From Deinococcus sp. (GTDB lineage: Bacteria; Deinococcota; Deinococci; Deinococcales; Deinococcaceae): a stretch of DNA of 64,000 bases. The stretch spans positions 544,001 through 608,000 of the forward strand of contig OZ253375.1 of NCBI GenBank assembly GCA_965261005.1, in the 5' to 3' direction. The translations under genes and the position numbers were made by a program. How positions within the stretch are numbered: the first letter of the stretch is position 1; each line of letters starts with the position of its first letter. Of the stretch, positions 36,592 through 47,112 are shown one piece after another. Under the pieces are notes generated by a model. It saw only the letters and a list, made by a program, of their open reading frames with translations, was not told the origin of the DNA and made no database searches.

Positions 36592-37137
36592 TCATTCGCG
36601 CCCGGTCTTGATGTTCACGTCCCCGAACTCCACCTCGACCGTCTCGGCGTAGCGCTGGCCGTTCTTCTTGTCGTGCCGCTTGAAGGTCGGCGGCTCGATC
36701 TTCACGTTTAGGGTGTAGTGGCCGTCGCCGGGAACCTGCAAGTCCAGGCCGTAGTGATAAAGGCCGGGGTGCCACAAAAAGGGCACCTCGAAGGGGCCAA
36801 CCCTTTGCCCGTCCTGCTTTGTCAGGGTCGCGTGAATCTTGAGGGCCGGGATAAAGCGCCCGTCTGCCGCGTCGCTCACCGAGATTTCCAAATGGCAGTT
36901 GTCGCCGGGCGCCGGCTCTTGCCACTCCAGGTTCCCTTCACTCAGGAGGGCGTACATGCCCTCGGCCTCTTCCTGGGCGTAGCCGACGGTGTAGTCGCCC
37001 GCCCGCTGGGTGGCGCCGGTGTGGGCGACCTCGTTCACCATGTACTGAAGAGCCTCCTGGTAAGCGTCCCCGTCTTTGCGGGCGATCTGGAGCTGCTTCC
37101 GGTCGGCCTCGTCGCTGGGCTGCATCTTCTGGGTCAT
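36592..37137 (-). CDS. P19/Tp34-like 'iron transporter' family protein lacking a signal peptide
   Basis: EEAEGMY, CHLEI, GRFIP and HYG motifs. Confidence 0.65.
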   Translation of the reverse strand: MTQKMQPSDEADRKQLQIARKDGDAYQEALQYMVNEVAHTGATQRAGDYTVGYAQEEAEGMYALLSEGNLEWQEPAPGDNCHLEISVSDAADGRFIPALKIHATLTKQDGQRVGPFEVPFLWHPGLYHYGLDLQVPGDGHYTLNVKIEPPTFKRHDKKNGQRYAETVEVEFGDVNIKTGRE

Positions 37138-37236
37138 GCCGACCAGTCTTCCGGGGAGAGATGGGGGATGGGGACGGTGTTTGTTAAAAGGGTCTTGAGG
37201 GCCGTGCTCCCGTCATCCGAGATGTAAAATGACACC

Positions 37237-37491
37237 ATGACGACGCACGACAATTATGACGCCTATGTACGCGCGCACGGTAGAGTGACAATTCCGCAGG
37301 AGGTCCGGTCGCTGCTGGGACTTTCAGAAGGCGACAAGGTGAGCTTTCTGGTGGAGCAGGACGGCACGGTCAAGCTGGTGACGGCGGCCCAAATCGCGCG
37401 TCAGCTTTACGGCATTTACGCTCATTTGAGCAACGGTCACGTCGTGGATGACTTTATCGCCGAACGTCACCGCGACGCAGAAGCGGAGTGA
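37237..37491 (+). CDS. AbrB/MazE/SpoVT-type antitoxin
   Basis: GRVTIPQEVRSLLGLSEGDKV; leaderless TAAAT-type -10 (TAAAAT-6-ATG). Confidence 0.88.
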   Translation: MTTHDNYDAYVRAHGRVTIPQEVRSLLGLSEGDKVSFLVEQDGTVKLVTAAQIARQLYGIYAHLSNGHVVDDFIAERHRDAEAE

Positions 37492-37907
37492 CGGTTTTTA
37501 ACGCGGTCGTGCTCGATGCCAGCGCCCTCCTCGCTTTTGTGTTGGCCGAACCCGGTGGAGAGCGGGTCATCGCGGCACTGTCGAGCGACGCCAGAACTGT
37601 ACTTCATTTGGTCAATTGGACCGAGGTGATGACACGGATGGCCAACTTGGGCACACCTCCACAAGCGCTGGAGACGCTGCTCACCCAGCGGGGTCTGCTT
37701 CACCAAAGCTTGCGGCTCGAACCGGGAACGCCGGAAGACGCCCGCCGCGCGGCGGAACTGCGCGCCCTGACCCGCCACGCCGGGCTGAGCCTGGGGGACC
37801 GCTGCTGCCTCGCCTTGGGCCAGCGTCTCGGCGCGCGGGTGCTTACGGCCGACCGGGCTTGGGGTCAGGTCCAGCTTCCCGGCGTCCAGATCGAACTGAT
37901 TCGCTGA
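37488..37907 (+). CDS. vapC: PIN-domain VapC toxin
   Basis: VLDASA, NWTE, LSLGDRCC and TADR motifs; GTGA coupling. Confidence 0.88.
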   Translation: MTVFNAVVLDASALLAFVLAEPGGERVIAALSSDARTVLHLVNWTEVMTRMANLGTPPQALETLLTQRGLLHQSLRLEPGTPEDARRAAELRALTRHAGLSLGDRCCLALGQRLGARVLTADRAWGQVQLPGVQIELIR

Positions 37908-38065
37908 ATTGTTTGACTGGATTAATTCATTGGGCGGTCCAGGCCGTTCTCCCCCATTCCCGACCGTCCCACCAACGTTCCACCCCCCACGCCCTAGACT
38001 TGGGCCAATGCTTGGAGCAACCCCATGAGCGCCATCTACCCAGCGAAGCGCCGGAATGGCGCCTC

Positions 38066-40168
38066 GTGAGCGCCATCTACCAGCGCGCCCGCCCCATTCG
38101 TTGGGACCAGGTGGTGGGCCAGGAGCACGTGCGCGACGTGCTGCAAGCCGCCCTAGAGCGCGGCAAGCTGGGCCACGCCTACCTGTTTTCAGGGCCGCGC
38201 GGCGTGGGCAAGACGACCACCGCGCGCCTGATCGCCATGACCGCCAACTGCGAGGGACCGGACCCCAAGCCCTGCGGCGAGTGCACCTCTTGCCTGGAGG
38301 TGCGCGCCGGCAGCCACCCGGACGTGCGTGAGATTGACGCGGCCAGCCACAACAGCGTGGACGACGTGCGCGAGCTGCGCGAAAACCTCAACCTCGCCTC
38401 TATGCGCGGCGGCAAAAAGATCTACATTCTCGACGAGGCGCACATGATGTCGCGCGCCGCCTTCAACGCCCTCTTAAAGACCTTGGAGGAGCCGCCCGGC
38501 CACGTCATCTTCGTGCTGGCGACCACCGAGCCGGAAAAGATCTTGCCGACTATCTTGTCGCGCTGTCAGCACTACCGCTTTCGGCGCCTCTCGGAGGCCG
38601 AGATCGCGGGCAAGCTGGCCGCTTTGTGCGCGCAGGAAGGCGTGGCGGCCGAGGAAAGCGCCCTCAACTTGATCGGGCGTCTGGCGGACGGGGCCATGCG
38701 CGACGGCGAGAGCTTGCTGGAGCGCATGCTCTCGACCGGGGAGGCCATCACGCGCGGAAGCGTGGAGGCCGCCCTGGGCCTGCCCCCTTCCGAGCGGATG
38801 GCGGACATGGCGCGCGCCTTGGCGCTCCCCGACGCGGAGGGGCTGCTGGCCGGGGCCGCCCAGCTGTACCGCGAGGGCTACGCCGCCCGGACGGTGGTAG
38901 GGGGCCTCTTGGGCGCGCTGCGCGACGCCCTGCACGCCGAGCTGGGTCTCGGCGAGGGGGAACGTCTGGAGGGCGCGGGCGTGCCGCGCCTGCTGCGCCT
39001 GCAAGCCGCCCTCGACGAGCAGGAAGCCCGCTTCGCGCGCGGGGCCGACTTGCTGAACTTGGAGCTGGCGCTGACGCACGCCCTGCTGGCCGGCGAGGTG
39101 GCGGGCGCAGGCGCCATGACCGCGTCCGCGAGCAGCCCGCCCACCGATGTCAACCTGCGCCTGAGCAAGATTGAGCGCGAATTGAGCGCCCTGAAAAGTG
39201 TGCCGCGCCCGGCCGCAAAAGCCGAGGTGCCCGACTTCGACCCCGGCGCGCGGGGCAGCCGCGCCACGCCGGCCCCCGCCAAAGAGGCCGCGCCGCAAGC
39301 CGCCGAGGGTGCGCCTTCCGTTCCTCAAGGCTCTTGGACTGACGTGCTGCGCCTCGCCGACATCAAGATGCGCGCCCTGCTGAAGGTGGCGCGCGCCAAT
39401 CCCATCGAGGGCGCCTTGATCGTCACCTACGACGAGCGCCACAAATTTCACGCCAAGCAGGTGCAGGACAAGTTCGAGGAGTTGGCCGGCTTGGTCGAGC
39501 GGGTCTACGGCCCCATCGAGCTGGAACTGGTCACGTCCGAGGGCAGCAAGAAAAAATCGGGACGGCGCGCTGAACCCGCTGCTATGGCGCAAGTGGTCGA
39601 GCAGGCCGCCCGGCAGGTCGAGGTGCGGACGGTGGCCGAACCCGAGCGTCCCGCCGCCCCGCCCATCACGCCGCCCGAGTCCAAGACGGGTCCCGCAGAA
39701 TTCGCCGCCGTGCCCGACTTTTCCCCGCAGCGCCCAACACCCATCAAACCAACGCCCACCGAAAGCGCGCCGCCCAAAGCTGAGGTCGCCAAAGTCGAGG
39801 TGACCCCAGCCGCGATTCCAACGCCCCAGCCCTCCGTCTATGACCCCGAGCCGATTTTCCAAGAGCCGGTCTGGGACGACGTGCCGCCAACTTCCCCGGC
39901 GCCCTTGCCGGAGGCGAGCTGGGACGACCTGAGCGCGGCGCCCCGAGCCGAGAAGACCGTTCAGGCCGAGCCGAGCCGGCCCGCTCCCAGGGCCGTTCGC
40001 GGCGCGCTCAAGAGTGCCCCCGCCGTCGCCGCCCATCCCCTTTTTGCGGAGGCGCAGCGCCTGTTTCCCGGCAAGGTGCAGGCGGCGGGCGTGGTGCGGC
40101 GCAAGGCGGGCGCGGGGGCAGACGAGGAAGAGGGGGCGGAGGAAGGGCCGTCAGAGGCCGGGGCTTGA
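38066..40168 (+). CDS. dnaX: DNA polymerase III subunit gamma/tau
   Basis: YQRARP, GPRGVGKTT, Zn cluster, DEAH and SRC motifs; GTG start. Confidence 0.95.
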   Translation: MSAIYQRARPIRWDQVVGQEHVRDVLQAALERGKLGHAYLFSGPRGVGKTTTARLIAMTANCEGPDPKPCGECTSCLEVRAGSHPDVREIDAASHNSVDDVRELRENLNLASMRGGKKIYILDEAHMMSRAAFNALLKTLEEPPGHVIFVLATTEPEKILPTILSRCQHYRFRRLSEAEIAGKLAALCAQEGVAAEESALNLIGRLADGAMRDGESLLERMLSTGEAITRGSVEAALGLPPSERMADMARALALPDAEGLLAGAAQLYREGYAARTVVGGLLGALRDALHAELGLGEGERLEGAGVPRLLRLQAALDEQEARFARGADLLNLELALTHALLAGEVAGAGAMTASASSPPTDVNLRLSKIERELSALKSVPRPAAKAEVPDFDPGARGSRATPAPAKEAAPQAAEGAPSVPQGSWTDVLRLADIKMRALLKVARANPIEGALIVTYDERHKFHAKQVQDKFEELAGLVERVYGPIELELVTSEGSKKKSGRRAEPAAMAQVVEQAARQVEVRTVAEPERPAAPPITPPESKTGPAEFAAVPDFSPQRPTPIKPTPTESAPPKAEVAKVEVTPAAIPTPQPSVYDPEPIFQEPVWDDVPPTSPAPLPEASWDDLSAAPRAEKTVQAEPSRPAPRAVRGALKSAPAVAAHPLFAEAQRLFPGKVQAAGVVRRKAGAGADEEEGAEEGPSEAGA

Positions 40169-41125
40169 AGCTGGCTGGATGCGGCGGCCCAGCACCAGCC
40201 GGGCGCCCAGCGCCGCAAAGGTTAGCAGCGCCGCCAAGACGCCCAGCGTCAAACCGTCCGGCGCGGTCAGCGGTTGCGCCCGCAGCGCCTGCCAAGTGAC
40301 GAGGGCCGTGAGGCCCAGGTACACACCGGCGCCCACGAATACCAAGCGGGTCTTTTGACGGGTCGCCAAGTCGCGCCGCCGCTCGATCAGCCAGGCCAGC
40401 AGCGGCAGCACCTGGAGGGCGTGCATCCCGACGAAGTGCCCAATTCTCAGGTCGCCCCCCGCCGTGCTCCAGCCGACCAGCGGCAAGCCGGGGCCACCGT
40501 CCGGCACGCCGACGCTATGGGCGCCCAGGGTGGTCATGCCGAGTCCGGCCCGCGCGCCCGCCAACTGCTGGGCGGTCGGCGAGGTCATCAAGAAGCCCTC
40601 GGCGAGGCCCAGCACGGCGATGAGGAGACCCAGCCGAACTCCCCAAGCCAGCACCGGGTTCCCGATGCGCTGGCGCAGCAGCAGCGCGGCGACGGCGAGA
40701 TTGGCGAGCCACAGGACCAGGATGGCCGCGCCCATCGAGATCCACAGCGCGCCATTGAGCGGCGAGGACACGTTGAAGTGCGAGGTCACGCCGCGCGCCG
40801 CCTGCCCGCCGATGACCAGCATTTCCACGGCAAAGCTGCCCAGAATCAGCCACGCCAGCGCGCTCACCAGCTTCTTCTTCCCCTCGACGAAGCCCAGCAT
40901 CCACAAGATGGTGAGGGTGTAGACCGTGATGGACACGCTGAACTTGAGCGGCTTGAGCCACACCGGGGCGCCGGTCACGTAGCGGGGGTCGAGAAACACG
41001 CCGGCCAGGAAGAACACGCCCAGCGAGGCAGCCACCACCCCTGAGATCAGCAGCGGCGGGTGAACGTCCCACAAACGGCGCAAGATGGCGGGAATGCGGG
41101 CGGGCAACGAACGCAGGGTGAGCAT
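40151..41125 (-). CDS. Conserved hypothetical integral membrane protein
   Basis: WLKPLKF, QAARG.TSHFN and GGDLRIGHFVGMHALQ motifs; GAGGAG SD. Confidence 0.75.
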   Translation of the reverse strand: MLTLRSLPARIPAILRRLWDVHPPLLISGVVAASLGVFFLAGVFLDPRYVTGAPVWLKPLKFSVSITVYTLTILWMLGFVEGKKKLVSALAWLILGSFAVEMLVIGGQAARGVTSHFNVSSPLNGALWISMGAAILVLWLANLAVAALLLRQRIGNPVLAWGVRLGLLIAVLGLAEGFLMTSPTAQQLAGARAGLGMTTLGAHSVGVPDGGPGLPLVGWSTAGGDLRIGHFVGMHALQVLPLLAWLIERRRDLATRQKTRLVFVGAGVYLGLTALVTWQALRAQPLTAPDGLTLGVLAALLTFAALGARLVLGRRIQPASSPGL

Positions 41126-41154
41126 GATCTTCTCCTCAAACACGACTGTTTATA

Positions 41155-41167
41155 TTTACAGTGTTAA
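41155..41167. promoter_or_regulatory. Putative TetR operator copy 1
   Basis: TTTACAGTGTTAA quasi-palindrome, identical to 41845-41857. Confidence 0.7.
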
Positions 41168-41182
41168 GTAGACGGCATAGCG

Positions 41183-41830
41183 TCATGGCAGCATCCCTTG
41201 GAGCGCCACCTCCGTGTATTCCTCGAACAGCGCCAGGGTCGTTTGTTCGGAGAAATAGGACGTCGAGAGGCTGAGGGCGACCAAGCCGTGAACCAGAGAC
41301 CACAAAAAACTGGTGAGAACGTCCGTGCCGGGGCCGCGCAACTCGCCGCTCGCCAGCCCCTCCTCGACCGTCCGCCGCAGCACGCCGAAGGAGTCAATGA
41401 CCGGGGTGCAGCCGGCCGGCGCGGGCCGCTCCAAAAATTCGCCGCGCTGCATGAACATCAGGCGGTAGTGAACGGGGCGTTCCAGCCCGAAGCACACGTA
41501 GGCGCGTCCCAGTTGGGCGATGCGTTCTGGCGCGTTGTCGGCGCCGTCATAAGCTGCTTGCAGCCGCGCGCCGAAGTCTTGAAAGCCCTCCATAGCGACC
41601 TGGAACAGCAACTCGTCCTTGTCCGTGAAGTACAGGTAGATGGTGGTGGGCGAGTAACCGACCGCCTCGGCCACCTGGCGCAGGGAAAAGCCCTCGTAGC
41701 CTTTGCTGGCGAACAGCTCGGCGGCGGCGTTCAGAATGGCGCGGCGCAGGTCTTCTTTTTGCCGGGCGCGGTGCAGGGCGCTCTTTTGTTGCAATCGCGC
41801 CCCTCTGGTTGCTTCCGTCCCTTCGCTCAT
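41183..41830 (-). CDS. TetR/AcrR family regulator (WHG-type C-terminus)
   Basis: HTH SLRQVAEAVGYSPTTIYLYF and WSLVHG. Confidence 0.92.
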   Translation of the reverse strand: MSEGTEATRGARLQQKSALHRARQKEDLRRAILNAAAELFASKGYEGFSLRQVAEAVGYSPTTIYLYFTDKDELLFQVAMEGFQDFGARLQAAYDGADNAPERIAQLGRAYVCFGLERPVHYRLMFMQRGEFLERPAPAGCTPVIDSFGVLRRTVEEGLASGELRGPGTDVLTSFLWSLVHGLVALSLSTSYFSEQTTLALFEEYTEVALQGMLP

Positions 41831-41844
41831 ACCTGTACTTTTAC

Positions 41845-41857
41845 TTTACAGTGTTAA
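41845..41857. promoter_or_regulatory. Putative TetR operator copy 2 (autoregulatory)
   Basis: TTTACAGTGTTAA in the spacer downstream of minus-strand TTGACA (41861-41866). Confidence 0.7.
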
Positions 41858-41911
41858 CCATGTCAAGCCCTCCTGTTTCCTCACCCGGCCCCGGCGTAGC
41901 GTGACAACACT

Positions 41912-43299
<1,388 letters not shown>

Positions 43300-43303
<4 letters not shown>

Positions 43304-43743
43304 CAGAGCGGACTGGAAAAGAGCTGACGGGCGTCAAGGAGATCGTGAAGGTTTTGGAGGAGAGCAAGACCGTGGCGGTGGTCGGCTTTCACCGCGACCC
43401 TACCAAGGCCGCCCACTACGTTCCCGAGTACCTGAACCGCCAGGGGTACAGCGTCATCCCGGTGAACCCGGCCCTCGCGGCGCGCGGCGAAAGCTACTTC
43501 GGCCACGCGGCGCTGGCAACCCTGGCGGAGATCAAGGCGTCGGTGGACGTGGTGGACGTGTTTCGCCGTTCCGACAAGGTGGGCGACCACTTGGAGGACA
43601 TCCTGGCGATGCGGCCCCCCCCGAAGACCGTTTGGCTGCAACTGGGCATTCGCAACGACGAGGTCGCGCGGGCGCTGGTGGAGGCCGGCATTCAGGTGGT
43701 GCAGGACCGCTGCATGCTGGCCGACCACCGCCAATACCTCTGA
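43300..43743 (+). CDS. CoA-binding protein (YccU-like)
   Basis: AVVG, PVNP, VDVFR, WLQLG and DRC motifs. Confidence 0.9.
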
Positions 43744-43836
43744 AGCTGACCCCCTCATGACGGCCTCTTAAGAACTTCTCCCGCTTCCCTCACGGCGCGT
43801 CATGTGTCCTCGGCTACGCTCTTTTCGGAGGACCCC

Positions 43837-44841
43837 ATGAAGAACCTGCTTATCATCGGCACCCTGGCCCTGGCGGGCGCCGCGTCGGCCGCGCCCAAGA
43901 TCAGCGCGCAGAGCATTATCGTCAACCCGGTGCAGGCCGACCTGAACGTCAAGGTCTGGACCAACAAGGACCCCGGCGGCCAGGCCAGCCCCAACTACCG
44001 GGTGGGCGAAAGAATCACGCTCTACACCAGCGTGTCGAACGACGCCTACGTGTACCTGTTCAACGTCAACCCCGACGGCTCCATTGACCAGATTCTACCC
44101 AACCGCTTCACCAGCGGCGGCAACTTTCTGAGGGCCAACACCGTCAAGCAGTTTCCCGCCCCCGGCGACAGCTACACCTTCGACATCAGCGGCGTGGCCG
44201 GCCAAAACAAGGTGCTGGCGGTGGCCAGTGAAACGGCCCTTAACCTCGACCAAATCAGCCAATTCAAGTCGGACCAGGGCGGCTTCGCGACCGTGAACGT
44301 GCGCGGGCAGCAGAACCTCGCGCAAGCGCTCTCCATCGTGGTGAACCCGATTCCGCAGAACAGCTGGACCACCGACGTGGCCTTTTACAACACCGTGACG
44401 GCGCAGTCCGCGAACAACGGCAGCATCACCCTGAGCAGCAACGCGAGCGGCGCCAACGTCTACCTGAACGACCGTCTGGTCGGGCAGTCGGGCAGCACCT
44501 TCACGGGCCTGCCGGCCGGCAACTACCGCGTGCGCGTCTCGGCCCCCGGCTACGGCGACTACACCACCACGGTGGCGTTGCGCGCCGGCGCCACCCTGAA
44601 CCTGAACGTGACGCTTCAGGAGCAGCGCGTCAACCTGACCGTGCGCAGCAACGTGGACGGCGCCCGCGTGTTCGTCAACGGCCGCGAGTCGGGCAACATT
44701 CGCGGCGGCAACCTGACGCTCACCTTGACGCGCGGCGACTACGAAATCGCGGTGATCGCGTCCGGCTACCGCGCCAACGTGACCACCGCCCAAGTGCGCA
44801 GCGGCGGCACGCTGACCCTCAACCTCAACCGCGCGCCGTAA
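43837..44841 (+). CDS. Secreted DUF4384 plus PEGA domain (S-layer-associated) protein
   Basis: Signal peptide, [18 protein letters not shown] and two PEGA repeats. Confidence 0.82.
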   Translation: MKNLLIIGTLALAGAASAAPKISAQSIIVNPVQADLNVKVWTNKDPGGQASPNYRVGERITLYTSVSNDAYVYLFNVNPDGSIDQILPNRFTSGGNFLRANTVKQFPAPGDSYTFDISGVAGQNKVLAVASETALNLDQISQFKSDQGGFATVNVRGQQNLAQALSIVVNPIPQNSWTTDVAFYNTVTAQSANNGSITLSSNASGANVYLNDRLVGQSGSTFTGLPAGNYRVRVSAPGYGDYTTTVALRAGATLNLNVTLQEQRVNLTVRSNVDGARVFVNGRESGNIRGGNLTLTLTRGDYEIAVIASGYRANVTTAQVRSGGTLTLNLNRAP

Positions 44842-44857
44842 CGCTCCCCGTGCTGAG

Positions 44858-44879
44858 GCCCCGCTTCGGCGGGGTTTTT
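44858..44879 (+). terminator. Intrinsic terminator
   Basis: GCCCCGC-TTCG-GCGGGGT-TTTT. Confidence 0.85.
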
Positions 44880-44917
44880 CATGTTCGTTTGACGCAAAGC
44901 GGCCAAGCTGGACGGTA

Positions 44918-45463
44918 ATGAACGACGCCCTTCAGTCCAGCTTACACCGCTTGGCCGTGAACAGCCCGGCGCTCACGCCCCTCTTAGTATTCGCCGCAAC
45001 CGAACTGCTGTTCGTGCTGGCGGCGGTTTTGGTGCTGCTGGCCTTGTACCGGCGCGAGCGGGTCACTTGGGCTTACTTGGCGCGGGCGGCCATTGCTTGC
45101 GCCGTCTCGGCGGTGTTGACGCTGCTGCTGGGCCAGCTGATTCAGGACCCGCGCCCGTACCTGGCGGAACACTACGCCGCCCTGGCACATACCTCCGCCG
45201 ATAACGGCTTTCCCTCCGACCACACCTTGGTGGCCGCCCTGATCGCGGGCCTGGCGCTGTGGCTGGATCGGCGCTGGGCGCTGGCGCTGGCCGCCGGGGC
45301 GCTGCTGGTCCTGCTGGGTCGCCTGGCCATCGGGGCGCACCACACCCTGGACGTGGCGGGCAGCGTCCTGATCGCGCTGCTGAGCTTGTTGATCGCGACT
45401 CGGCCACGTTTTCCGGCCTCTTGGCGGCGCGGCGTGCTGAGCGGGCGCACACGGAGCGCATAA
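44918..45463 (+). CDS. PAP2 family phosphatase (undecaprenyl-PP phosphatase-like)
   Basis: PRP, FPSDH and R...GAHH..DV motifs. Confidence 0.85.
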   Translation: MNDALQSSLHRLAVNSPALTPLLVFAATELLFVLAAVLVLLALYRRERVTWAYLARAAIACAVSAVLTLLLGQLIQDPRPYLAEHYAALAHTSADNGFPSDHTLVAALIAGLALWLDRRWALALAAGALLVLLGRLAIGAHHTLDVAGSVLIALLSLLIATRPRFPASWRRGVLSGRTRSA

Positions 45464-45503
45464 ACTTGACTTTTCATGCATAGCACGCTATGCTTTTTTT
45501 ATC

Positions 45504-45527
45504 AGCGGCCGAAAAGGCCGCTTTTTT
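45504..45527 (+). terminator. Terminator hairpin between the PAP2 gene and trmL
   Basis: AGCGGCC-GAAAA-GGCCGCT-TTTTT. Confidence 0.75.
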
Positions 45528-45529
45528 GT

Positions 45530-45988
45530 TCACCAGCCCAGCACCTGCCGCGCCGCCTCGTAGGCGCCAATGCCCGCCGCGACGGCCAGGTTCAGGCTGC
45601 GCCCCTCCCCCGGCATGGGCAGGGTCACGCAGGTCAAGCGGGCGCGCAGCCACTCGGGCAAACCGCGCGACTCGGGGCCAAAAACCAGGTAATCGCCGGC
45701 TTGGTAACGAACCGAGGTGTAGGCCCTGCCCGTCTTGGTGGTGAAGCCGAAGGGCCGCGCCTCACTCGGCAAGCTGGCCTCGAAGGCGGTCCAGCTGGCG
45801 TACTCAAGCAAGTCCACCGCCCGCAGGTAGTCCATGCCCGCGCGCTTGAACTGCGGGTCGTGCAGCCGGAAGCCAAAGGGGCGGATCAGGTGCAGCCCCG
45901 CACCCAGCACCGCACAAGTGCGCGCGACGTTGCCGACATTGCCGGCGTTCTCCGGCTCAAACAAAACGACGTGCAGGGGCGCCGCCAT
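45530..45988 (-). CDS. trmL: tRNA (cytidine/uridine-2'-O)-methyltransferase
   Basis: [27 protein letters not shown] and RSLNL SPOUT motifs. Confidence 0.92.
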   Translation of the reverse strand: MAAPLHVVLFEPENAGNVGNVARTCAVLGAGLHLIRPFGFRLHDPQFKRAGMDYLRAVDLLEYASWTAFEASLPSEARPFGFTTKTGRAYTSVRYQAGDYLVFGPESRGLPEWLRARLTCVTLPMPGEGRSLNLAVAAGIGAYEAARQVLGW

Positions 45989-46001
45989 CAGACAGACCCC
46001 A

Positions 46002-46475
46002 TCAAACAGACCTCAGCAGCACGCTCGCCCGCGCCTGGACGTGTTCCGGCGCCAGCCCCTCGGAGGTTTTGAAGGAGACGCCCACCTCCCCTACGGCCAG
46101 CCTCAGCAAATCTGCCACCCCCCGCGCGATCTCTGCGCGCAGCGGGCCGAGCTTGGGCGTATCCAGGGTCACGACGGCGGCGACGTTGGCGGGTTGGTAG
46201 CCGCGCTCCAGGACCAGCTCCAGGGCGCGCTCTACGATGCGCGCGCTGTTCAAATCTCGGTACTGAGGATCGGTGTCGGGGAAATACTGGCCGATATCCC
46301 CCAGCGCCAGCCCCGACAGCAGCGCGTCCGCGACGGCGTGCAGCAGGGCGTCGCCGTCCGAGTGCGCGACGGGGCCGTGCGGGGCGCCCGGGACGGTCAC
46401 GCCGCCCAGAATCAAGGGACGCCCGGCCTTGAGGCGGTGCGCGTCCTCGCCATAGCCGATGCGGTCAGGCAACAT
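46002..46475 (-). CDS. ispF: 2-C-methyl-D-erythritol 2,4-cyclodiphosphate synthase
   Basis: [21 protein letters not shown] and KTSEGL motifs; leaderless TACACT-6-ATG. Confidence 0.95.
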   Translation of the reverse strand: MLPDRIGYGEDAHRLKAGRPLILGGVTVPGAPHGPVAHSDGDALLHAVADALLSGLALGDIGQYFPDTDPQYRDLNSARIVERALELVLERGYQPANVAAVVTLDTPKLGPLRAEIARGVADLLRLAVGEVGVSFKTSEGLAPEHVQARASVLLRSV

Positions 46476-46553
46476 GGCGTGAGTGTAGCGACAGCGCTCT
46501 GCTTTGCCAATCACCGAGCGCTTTACATGGTATAGCCAGGAGCGGAGGTCCAC

Positions 46554-47108
46554 ATGATCGCGTCCCAGATTCACCCGTTGATGCCCCGCCAGCCCGTGCC
46601 CACCTTGGAGGTGCCCCTGGTCGGCGGCGGCACTTGGTCGCTGGGCGCCCAAACGCCCGAGCGTTTCACGATGGTGGTCTTCTACCGGGGGCTGCACTGC
46701 CCCATCTGCGCCAAGTACCTGCGCGACCTGAACGCCAAGGCGGGGGACTTCGGGGGGCGCGGCGTGGGCGCGGTGGCCGTCAGCAGCGATGTCCAGGAGC
46801 GGGCCGAGCAGGCCAAGGCGAACTGGAAGCTCGACAAATTGGCGCTCGGCTACGACCTGACGCTGGAAAAGGCGCGCGAGTGGGGCCTGTACCTGTCGGC
46901 TGGCCGGGGCAAAACGTCCGTCGGCATTGAGGAACCCGCGCGCTTCAGCGAGCCGGGCGTCTTTTTGATGCGGCCGGACGGCACCCTCTACTACGCCTCG
47001 GTGCAGACCATGCCCTTCGCGCGGCCGAATTGGGACGACCTCTTGGGCGCGGTGGACTTCGCCGTGGCGAGGGACTACCCGGCGCGCGGCGAGCTGAGCG
47101 AAGTTTAA
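46554..47108 (+). CDS. Peroxiredoxin-like (AhpC/TSA) protein
   Basis: [10 protein letters not shown] and YPARG motifs; GGAGG SD. Confidence 0.88.
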   Translation: MIASQIHPLMPRQPVPTLEVPLVGGGTWSLGAQTPERFTMVVFYRGLHCPICAKYLRDLNAKAGDFGGRGVGAVAVSSDVQERAEQAKANWKLDKLALGYDLTLEKAREWGLYLSAGRGKTSVGIEEPARFSEPGVFLMRPDGTLYYASVQTMPFARPNWDDLLGAVDFAVARDYPARGELSEV

Positions 47109-47112
47109 GCGG

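Noticed and set aside
37171..37970. 8-bp inverted match GGGACGGT/ACCGTCCC flanking vapBC
   Set aside because: Too short to call terminal repeats; no target duplication seen.
37616..38065. 150-aa N-terminal extension of DnaX in the ORF track
   Set aside because: Overlaps vapC in another frame; DnaX homology begins at VSAIYQRARP (38066).
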